From Octopus sinensis (lineage: Eukaryota), in NCBI RefSeq assembly GCF_006345805.1, contig NC_043001.1:27900001-27964000 (forward strand): DNA of 64,000 nt, written 5' to 3'. The notes below the pieces were generated by a model. It ran no database searches, was not told the origin of the DNA, and worked only from the letters and a program-made list of their open reading frames with translations. Made by a program: the position numbers and the translations under genes. Below are positions 53,471 to 64,000 of this stretch, one piece after another (within the stretch, counting starts at the first letter, position 1; each line of letters opens with the position of its first letter).

Positions 53471-53570
53471 NNNNNNNNNNNNNNNNNNNNNNNNNNNNNN
53501 NNNNNNNNNNNNNNNNNNNNNNNNNNNNNNNNNNNNNNNNNNNNNNNNNNNNNNNNNNNNNNNNNNNNNN
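53471..53570. other. Assembly gap (100 N)
   Basis: Run of N. Confidence 1.
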
Positions 53571-53615
53571 TAATTGATAATTTTTCCAAATTAATTAATT
53601 TCACCCTTCATTATT

Positions 53616-53653
<38 letters not shown>

Positions 53654-53727
53654 TATATATATAAATTGACAAAATGAGGTAAAAAATCCAAGGCTACAAG
53701 TAGTTTTCAGAACATATATAAAGAAAA

Positions 53728-53776
53728 GGTCTAACAGCTGTTTCCGGGATATTTTATAAATCCCTTCGTCAGTGAC
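53728..53776 (-). ncRNA. Type I hammerhead ribozyme motif with palindromic helix III
   Basis: Minus: GUCA-CUGACGA-A-GGGAU-(9 nt)-AUCCC-G-GAAA-CAGCUG-UU-AGAC; core intact, first helix I pair is A.A. Confidence 0.7.
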
Positions 53777-53898
53777 GGTGCGAGAAAATGCTTGAGCATT
53801 AATTATTGTAGAGAAGATATGACACCATTACCTCTGATACCCTCGATATCTCTCTTTCTCTTTCTCTCTCTCTCTCTCACTCTATCTCTTACTCTTTG

Positions 53899-53944
<46 letters not shown>

Positions 53945-53974
53945 TATATATAACATATATATATTATATATATC

Positions 53975-54062
<88 letters not shown>

Positions 54063-54091
54063 TATGTATGTATATATATATATATATATAT

Positions 54092-54745
<654 letters not shown>

Positions 54746-54759
54746 TTATTATTAGAAGG

Positions 54760-54810
54760 AGCTTCTACAGGACTAGAACTGTTTCATTCAAGAGAAATCT
54801 TCAGGAAGCT
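54760..54810 (-). ncRNA. Type I hammerhead ribozyme, near-complete
   Basis: Minus: AGCUUC-CUGAAGA-UUUC-UCUU-GAAU-GAAA-CAG-UUCUAGUC-CUG-UA-GAAGCU; 6-bp helix I, 4-bp helix III hairpin, GUA site; only a U.U at the base of helix II departs from consensus. Confidence 0.8.
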
Positions 54811-54949
54811 AGTTAACAAGAATTGTATTGGCATTTATCATTAGGCAGGTTTAAAGGGGTGTTGGTGGGGGACTTTTTGGGGTAGGAGCATAGCGCAAAA
54901 AATCAACTTGTGGGGAGTGTCAAGGAGTCAGTGTTTAAATTTAGATAGA

Positions 54950-54957
54950 GAATAAAT

Positions 54958-54994
<37 letters not shown>

Positions 54995-55120
54995 AAAAAA
55001 TAAAAAATAAAAAAAAATAAAAAATAAAAAATAAAAAATAAAAAATAAAAAATAAAAAAAAATAAAAAATAAAAAATAAAAAATAAAAAATAAAAAAAAA
55101 AAAATAAAAAATAAAAAAAA
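54950..55120. repeat. (AAAAAT)n-type A-rich tract
   Basis: Direct repeats. Confidence 0.9.
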
Positions 55121-55131
55121 ATATATATATA

Positions 55132-55164
<33 letters not shown>

Positions 55165-55216
55165 AAGGGGGGGAATAGAGTTTTAGGTAAATAAGGAGAT
55201 TCTCACTTATACCTCT

Positions 55217-55390
55217 CCACATACACACATATATATATATACACATACACACATATATATATATACACATACACACATATATATATATACACATACACAC
55301 ATATATATATATACACATACACACATATATATATATACACATACACACATATATATATATACACATACACATATATATATATACACATAC
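55217..55390. repeat. 24-bp minisatellite (ACACATACACACATATATATATAT), ~6-7 copies
   Basis: 24-nt period read directly; matches the 8-aa CVYVYIYI repeat in the ORF track. Confidence 0.9.
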
Positions 55391-55532
55391 ACACACACAT
55401 CTACTCACATACACGCATACACACACAAACAATCCATACACAACCATGCACACACAGCACACTAGTCCCTATATACACATATACACATACACACATATAT
55501 ATATATACACATACACACATATATATATATAC

Positions 55533-55581
<49 letters not shown>

Positions 55582-55628
55582 CACATGTATATACATATGT
55601 GTACCATGCATACCTACAACATACACAC

Positions 55629-55753
<125 letters not shown>

Positions 55754-55777
55754 CTACGTATGTATATATATATATAT

Positions 55778-56399
<622 letters not shown>

Positions 56400-56446
56400 T
56401 ATATATATATTATATATATATATATATATCTATATATATATATATC

Positions 56447-56478
<32 letters not shown>

Positions 56479-56675
56479 TTATGTATGTCAAGTTATAATA
56501 AAACTGAAGGATTACGCAATAATTCTTTCCGTATAATATGCATGTACTATTCTGTTAAGGAATAATACATACATATGCCTGTCTTTTCGTATTTCTGCAC
56601 GTATGTAGCTATGTATGCATGGATGCTAAACTAACGGGAGTCAGAGTGTAAATAAAGACGCAGATGGGTCACACA

Positions 56676-56747
<72 letters not shown>

Positions 56748-58067
56748 GTGTATACTTGCATATTTAATGTCAATATGCAGATCTCCTAACAAAACATTGT
56801 AGCATATATTGGTGTGCCATAGACTTAGTCTCTTGTAATGAGTTAAGGGTGATGTAAAGTTAAGGGTGATGTATATAAATATTCTTAAAGGCATTTTCCG
56901 TTTCTTCGGATAAAGAAAACAAGCAGCAAATGTTAGCAACTCCTAAAGAAAAAGTGAAAATAATTTTAATAATTCGAACTTAATCTTTCAAACTTACATG
57001 TTTTTAGAAAGGAAAATCTTAACTCTGCTTACAGTTAAAGGATAACTTTCGACATGTTTCTACCTATTAAACTTCATAAGCATTTCCTTGTCTACTTAAA
57101 TCTGCGTGATTGGCAGACAAATTTTTGTACAATTAAAAACGTATCAGATAAGTTTTTGGTCAGTACAATTAGCATAATTACAAACTAAAACGAGATAAGG
57201 AACATAACTCAAATGAGCCATTGACATGAATTCGTTCAAATGAATATAACGGTGATGTATTTATTGCTATGTTCAAATAAAAGAAAAATTCTTATTTCAA
57301 ATTCTCCACTTAATTGGAAAAGGAAAAGCAAATCTGCGAGGCTTCACTGTAATTTCCAAAGAGAAAGGGATGATAATTTGAGGAAATTACGAATTAATCT
57401 CGAAGCTTATTTACATATCATATACATGGTTTAATTTCTATGGCCAACTTTTTGACCTTCCTGCAGGAATACAAACGCTGGTGGCTGACGGTCAGCCAAC
57501 ATGCCTACGGATAAATCACATTTAAACACTATTTAACAGGCATACTTTAGATTCATTCACTCATTTGTCAAATCTGGACACCATTCATCTTGAATAATTC
57601 AAACATTACACTTCAATTACGGTTTTCTCCGCCTCGCACTTTCTGGCTTCTTAACATTTTGAACAGAATCACCGTAAGTTCTCATGGTATTTTAACCTGG
57701 GGCTCAATCCAACCACTTTACTGATGTCTTCCTCTTGCTTAAACTCAATTTCTAAGACCTGTTACTCCGATGAGAAATATTCCATAAAATCTTTATTTAT
57801 CAATATATTCTACTTCTATGAAAACAAAAAAAAAAACAAAAAAAAAAGAAAATGCCGAAGTATATTTTCTGAACGGTGATTTCCTCACTGTGAATAGAGC
57901 TTGAGGCCAAATAGTTATTCAGTTCAATAGATCTCAGATTGCGGCTGCAGTGATGTGTAAGCCTTATGATTCTTGTGCTAAGTTAGATTTAATCGTTCGA
58001 TTTATGAAGAAGCATGAAACGCTTCATGTACAAGGATATAATTTATTTGACGCTACGAATAACGTTG

Positions 58068-58320
58068 TGGAGGCGCGTGGCTTAGTGGTTAGGTTGTCAG
58101 CACCATGATCATAAGATTGTGGTTTCGATTCCTGGACCGGGTGACGCGTTGTGTTCTTGAGAAAAACACTTCATTTCACGTTGCTCCAGTCCACTCAGCT
58201 GGCAAAAATGAGTAACGCTGCAATGGACTGGCGTCTCGTCCAGCTGAGGAACACATACGCCATAGAAACCGGGAAACCGGGTCCATGAGCCTGGCTAGGC
58301 TTTAAAAGGGCACGTTTATT
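58068..58320 (+). mobile_element. SINE, family C/D-type head with Meta-like and V-like segments
   Basis: GGAGGCGCGTGGCTTAGTGGTTAGG...TTGCTCCAGTCCACTCAGCTGGC...ATGGACTGGCGTCTCGTCCAG. Confidence 0.85.
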
Positions 58321-58559
58321 TATTTTTTAAAAAATAATGTTAACTTCGTCATACTATACAACAAACTGCTGCTTTCAGCACATTTTCATTGCAAAATAAC
58401 CTAAATTAAAAAATTTAGCTTTGTTTTGTCATTTTAAAATTATATTTTATGACTCTATAAGGAAGTGGACTGATAAAACACAAGAAAATATTTACAATTT
58501 TTCTACCAAAGCATATACAAACTTCTGCATCAGTGTTGTTGATGTTTCTGTTTTACATG

Positions 58560-58960
58560 ACGGTGCCTTCACTATCGGCAGATCTCATGCCATATTTTTC
58601 ACAACGTAATCTGAGACTCAAAACAAAACTGTTTTTATCTGTTTCAAACTTTTACGCTCTATGGTTATGTAACTTGGGCGCCATATCGACATGAAATATG
58701 TAAACTAGAAAGATTTTGTCAAGTAAAATCTGAACTTGTTCTTGAATGTGAAATGGGATGAGTGTGTCAGAAACAACGATACATAAGTAACAAAAATATC
58801 CATGCGAGACCAGAACATCCTGAAAAACATCAACTTCTATGCTTACGACATATATAAAAGATGCTAGGTACAAGAATGCCAATAAAGATCCTGTACTCTA
58901 AATTTACGGACCACTGCCAAAAGGAACGCATTCGTGCTTAGAGGCGATTTCTAAAGTTCA
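58560..58960 (+). mobile_element. RTE (BovB-like) LINE RT C-terminal fragment, degenerate
   Basis: SQRNLRLKTKL...TLYGYVTWAPYRHEICKLERF...LNVKWDECVRNN...KHQLLCLRHI*KM..RMPIKILYS. Confidence 0.8.
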
Positions 58961-59021
58961 ACGAAATTCTATTCGGGCGGAATAGCCACCCCGTCATACG
59001 TCCAACTGTCTGTGTAATTCT

Positions 59022-59200
59022 TTTCTACTCTAGGCACAAGGCCCGAAATTTTGGGGGAAGGGGGCTAATCGATTAAATCGATCCTAGTACGCAACTAGTA
59101 CTTAATTTATCGACTCTAAAAGGATGAAAGGCAAAGTCGACGTCAGCGGAATTTGAACTCTGAACGTAAAGCCGTGCTAACATTTCTGCCAACTTGCCGC
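59022..59200 (-). mobile_element. SINE family A, tail type 2
   Basis: AGGCACAAGGCCCGAAATTTTGGGGG...GGATGAAAGGCAAAGTCGAC...GAATTTGAACTC on +. Confidence 0.85.
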
Positions 59201-59751
59201 CTGTCAGCGTTATATATTAGTTATCTTGTATATTCATAAAATAAATAACTAAAATAATTTCTTTTGATTTAGAACACAGTCAAAATTTTCACAGGAAGTT
59301 GTTGTTGGGGGCCTAAATCAGATTTGCTTGAGCAGACTTATGATTAAAAGCATTCTAACCATGATCACCCTTTATCTGATAGTTTATCACAGACAACATC
59401 CAATGCGTATTCAATGCTTGTAAAGACGGTAGAGTTTGCCGATCTTCAGTTATACTGTCGACAACATGCACCGACCCTTGGTGAGTACCTTTGTGAGATT
59501 CTTTAACTGTGTTGAGCAGAGTTATTGTGGGTTAAGATTTTCTAACTGGTTGCCCTTGTTGGAAACTTACACAACAACGTCATCACTTTCCGCTTCACTA
59601 GATTGGAACTGATCCCAGTTTACGGTCAGCTTCTGTAGATTGTTCACTGCACATGACTGAAAACTCTGGTGTAATGATCACCAGAAAACGAAGTATTACC
59701 TGGCTGAAGTTTTAGCCTCAACAAATGACAACATAACTGTGGAAAATTTAT

Positions 59752-60135
59752 GCAAATACTAGAACTGGGTGCCACTGCATAGTGCCAAGGACTCTAAATT
59801 TGCCATCAAGATGTAGGACAAGATACTGCAATAGCCTGGGCTTCAGAGGTCCACAGCTCTTCAATATTCTCCCGAAGGACCTGAGAGACCTGCATTGAGT
59901 GATTGTAGGTGTCTTCAAAATAAAGCTGGACCTCTTCCTGTCAGGTGTCCCAGATGAACCAACTTCGCGGCAAGAGGTGCAGATGAGGATAGCTACATCA
60001 AACTCTCTCATGCACCAAATATCAATTGCTAAAAAGCATTCGTGAAGTAAAATTATGTAGCAAAACCAAATGGCGGTGCCCCATCATGACTACAGCACAT
60101 GAGCTGAAACTAGATGAAATAAAAAAATAAAAATA
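59752..60135 (+). mobile_element. CR1-group LINE 3' fragment, same subfamily as 19666
   Basis: High identity to ~19845-20220 (AAATACTAGAACTGGG...GGCTTCAGAGGTCCACAGCTCTTC...CCAGATGA). Confidence 0.88.
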
Positions 60136-60420
60136 AAGAAAAATATGAAGCACTAATGATAAGGTCGGCTAAAATTGGTAGGATTGATTGAAAATAGAAA
60201 CACGATTTATATCAATAGACATCTTGTGACTGATTAAAGTAAAGCAAAGAAAGAAACACGTAGACAAATTCACAACCCAAACTCCAAGACTTTTCAAATA
60301 TACACAGCTCACAGAAAATACCCTTATTAGGCACTGCGAACTTATATATAAAATATCCTCAAAACAATAAACCAAAACAAGGTTCTGCAGATAAAAATGG
60401 GACACAGAACTGTATTGGGA

Positions 60421-60725
60421 AGGCACATGGTCTAGTGGTTAGATCATCGGACTCGCTGTCGAGGGATTGCAGGTTCGAATCTCAGACCGGGCGATGTGTG
60501 TGTTTATGAGCGAAACACCTAAGCTCCGCGCGGCTCCAGCAGAAAGTAATGGCGAACTTCTGCTGACTCTTTCGCCACAACTTTCTCTCACTCTTTCCTC
60601 CTGCATCTTGCAGCTCACCTGCGACGGACCGGCGTCGCGTCCAGTTGGGGAACCTATACGTCAAGGAAACCGGGAAACCGGCCCTTACGAGCCAGGCGTG
60701 GCTCGAGAAGGAACAAACAAACAAA
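60421..60725 (+). mobile_element. SINE family C
   Basis: GGCACATGGTCTAGTGGTTAGATCATCGGACTCGC...GGTTCGAATCTC; GACGGACCGGCGTCGCGTCCAG. Confidence 0.85.
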
Positions 60726-61334
60726 CTGTGTTGGGAAGCGCAATGAAAGCATGTAATAAGTATAAGACTATTGGCAACTATTATTCATTGTCGTTATCGT
60801 CGTCGCTATCATCATCACCGCCTTCATTACTGTCGTCGTTACCAATACTATGTTCAACATCATCATCGTTGTTCTTGTTGTAGCCGCCATCATAACCATG
60901 ATATTTGTTTTTCTTCCCCTTTTGTGGTTGTTCTCAGTTTTCTTTTCTTCATCCACTCAATGTGTTCTCCTCTTTCTCCTCCTCCTGCTTTTCTGCTTCT
61001 CCTTGTTTTCTTCTTCCTCCTCCAGTTGCCAACATACTTCAACGGCGCCGAAGAAAGAAGTCTGTAGGCGTTTGGATACTCTTCAATAGAATAGAAAATT
61101 TAACCCCTTCCCACACTCCACGCTGCAACCACCACCAATATGCAGATATACATATTTTGTGTATGTGTATATGTGTTTGTGTATATGTATATATATATAT
61201 ATATATATTATATTATATTATATTATATTATATATATATCATATTATATATATTATATATATATATATGTATATGTATGTATCTATCTATACATAAATAT
61301 ATTCATAATACATTGTCACACATATTCACGTACA

Positions 61335-61402
<68 letters not shown>

Positions 61403-61552
61403 CATAAACACACACAAACACACACATTTATATATTCGAGTAGAAGGACAGATTCATCTATCTTAAATTGCTTTGCTTACTTCCCCTGTATTGAGTGGTC
61501 AATTCCAACTTGTGAAGTGGCTGGCATAGAATAAGACAGCTCTGGGATTAAT

Positions 61553-61584
<32 letters not shown>

Positions 61585-62082
61585 TTTCTCTCTCTTTTCT
61601 CTCTCTCCTTAAAACAAGGTCGATATACATGGCACAATCGTTTGTTGCTCATTGGCAGCTGCAAATGGTTTATGGCATATAAGAGGAATTCTTCATCATC
61701 ATCACATTTGAAGAACAAACCGTGTTTCAGCTACAATAACTCGATGATTGCAAGGTGATGCGGCGGCAATGTAAGGGTAGGTGGAGATGTGGGAGTGGTA
61801 GTGTGCGGTTTGTGGTTTGGAGTGCGGGTGGCGGAGATGAAGAGGTCGCTTTGTATGCAATTACAAAGGTAAACCAATGATGATTCTGTTGTCTCGTTTC
61901 AAACAATTTCCTTCGCCTGCTTATATTACCGCGGTGTGTATAAATGTCTAAAAGCGCAAGATGTGCAATACCAAAACTTCAGCACTACGTGTTAATATGT
62001 ATATATTACACAAAAACTATGCACACACACATGTATATATAAATGTATGTATATATATATATACATACATATATATATATAT

Positions 62083-62114
<32 letters not shown>

Positions 62115-62346
62115 ACACATATATATGTACATATATATATACAATGTTTGAATGTGTCTAATATGTGTAAATGCAAAGTTAGGTATGCACACTCATATAC
62201 ACTGTTGAAGAAAAATAGAATACTTGAAATGACATCGACCAGTCGCACTCTCCACTTTCAGTGTTCACGATGAGATTGTATAAACGTTACTGACGTTTAC
62301 GCCTGTCTTATGTAACTAGTAAATTAATTTAATTTACGAACATATT

Positions 62347-62948
62347 CTTTTCCACTCTAGGTACAAGGCCCGAAATTTTGGGGGAAGGGGCCAGTCAATT
62401 CGATCGAGTCCAGTACGGAACTGGTACTTAATTTAACTGGTAACTGGTACTTATTTACTCGACCCGAAAGGATGAAAAGCAAAGTCGACATCGGTGGAAT
62501 ATGAACTCAAAATTTAAAAAGATAGGAAATACCTATTTCTTTACTACCCACAAGGGGCTAAACACAGAGAGGACAATCAAGGACAGACAGACGGGTTAAG
62601 TCGATCATATCGACCCCAGTGCGTAACTGGTACTTATTTAATCGACCCCGAAAGGATGAAAGGCAAAGTTGACCTCGGCGGAATTTGAACTCAGAACGTA
62701 ACAGCAGACGAAATACCTATTTATTTACTACACACAAGGGGCTAAACACAGAAAGGACAAACAAGGACAGACAAACGGATTAAGTCGATTATATCGACCC
62801 CAGTGTGTAACTGGTACTTATTTAATCGACCCTGAAAGGATGAAAGGCAAAGTCGACATCGGCGGAATTTAAACTCAGAACGTAGCGGCAAACGAAATAC
62901 CGCTAGGCATTTCGCCCGGCGTGCTAACGTTTCTGCCAGCTCACCACC
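62347..62948 (-). mobile_element. Chimeric SINE-A trimer (one head, 3 bodies, tail1-tail1-tail2) inside a 19-bp TSD
   Basis: TTTAATTTACGAACATATT at 62328-62346 and 62949-62967. Confidence 0.92.
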
Positions 62949-63764
62949 TTTAATTTACGAACATATTGACGGCTAAAATCTTTGGGTGTACTCTGTAGTA
63001 AAGTTTTGTATGAAAAATAAACGCCACTGAGCCGTTTGTAATTTAGGTTACAGAATTAACGACAGAAAATATGTCAGCTATACAAATCTATCTACATGAT
63101 TTAGTTATATGCGTAACAACTGTAACTCTAAATACGATTTCATATTGCAGACGGTTAACGATTGCTGAGGAAATTATAGAAATGTATTTTCTAATCAGTC
63201 ACGCTTTTACTGACCACAGCAAGTTTACGTGTGTGTTGTGTTTGTTGTGCTTTGTGTGTGCGTGTGTCAGAGAGATAGAGGGGGAGAGAAAAAGAGAGAG
63301 AGAGCATATTTGCAGATTATGACCGAAGGTTACTGAAGTTTGCCTCGAAAGAGTGTGCATGGAGAACCAGAATGCAAGGTAAGAAGTCAGGTGTCTTCAT
63401 CTCTGGCCCTGGAATGCTTTACTACTTCAGGTATCACCTGAAAATCAAGATAGCGCTGGAAAGGAGACACCTGTCTAGAAGTATAGAGAAACGATGGAAG
63501 GATGTGGTAAGGAAGTTGGGAGTTGATGTCCCTACTTAATCTACCACGAGGGGGAAAAAAAAGGATGCAGCCGTTGGACAGTAGACCAACAAGAAAAAAA
63601 ATGTAAGGAAACCAAAATTTCTAATCATATAAATCATCTATTTTTAACTTAATATATTTTTGTGTAAAAGAAAACGAACTGATAAAAACTCGCTATTTCG
63701 TTATTAATGTTTTGTATATTCCTGTATTGTCCTTCTATATTAGATCTTATGATCATAATAAAGA

Positions 63765-63900
63765 AATCTCACAATCACGAAGTCCTGATTTCAGTTTCGT
63801 AGCGTTGCATTTTGGCAAGCATAATTTTCTATAGCCTTCGGTCCACCCATACAAGTAAGTGGAATCAAGGTTGACGGAAACTGTGCAGAAGCCTTTTGGC
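63765..63900 (-). mobile_element. SINE family B, degenerate
   Basis: GGCAAGCATAATTTTCTATAGCCTTCGGTCCACC...GACGGAAACTG; head missing, and orientation is less certain than family identity. Confidence 0.5.
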
Positions 63901-64000
63901 TGGAGTGTGCCCGTAATACCGATGTCTAGCCTTGTCACTCTGTGGTCGGGCTGAGACCACTTGAGAATTTAATTAAGTGTTCATGTGTCTCAGGAATACT

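Noticed and set aside
57468-57520. Strong acceptor TTTTTGACCTTCCTGCAG followed by EYKRWWLTVSQHAYG*
   Set aside because: All frames close within about 20 codons and no partner exon can be identified.
58242-58290. CTGAGGA...GAAA in a SINE
   Set aside because: No helix II pairing; related SINE copies lack the motif.
63317-63379. 63-nt symmetric exon candidate (DYDRRLLKFASKECAWRTRMQ) with AAG|GTAAGA donor
   Set aside because: Weak purine-rich acceptor; the neighbouring KRWKDVVRK suggests decayed RTE sequence.

Overview
AT-rich eukaryotic genomic DNA, dense in microsatellites and SINEs. The repeat landscape (tRNA-derived SINE families plus (TA)n/(CATA)n/(TATC)n/(ATT)n tracts) looks like a coleoid cephalopod, probably Octopus; this is inference from pattern recognition, not a database result. 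I cannot support any host protein-coding gene, rRNA, true tRNA or CRISPR array. Almost all ORFs in the track are microsatellite translations, and the real coding remnants are transposon-derived: Tc1/mariner (3441-4020, 29429-29955), pogo/Tigger (28198-28700), Penelope-like RT/GIY-YIG (4021-4745), four CR1-group LINE 3' fragments, RTE fragments and a LINE C-terminal zinc knuckle. There is a 100-N gap at 53471-53570. Most notable: (i) about seven type I hammerhead-ribozyme motifs from several families in Penelope-type repeats, one with an essentially complete core (54760-54810); (ii) multimeric SINEs, namely a 6-unit array with a ~551-bp higher-order period and a chimeric trimer inside one 19-bp TSD; (iii) a perfect 128-bp-arm palindrome and a 48-bp loopless palindrome; (iv) SINE 3' tails whose probable donors are in the same window; (v) short elements nested in specific microsatellites. 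Coordinates were read by eye; degenerate element boundaries are approximate.
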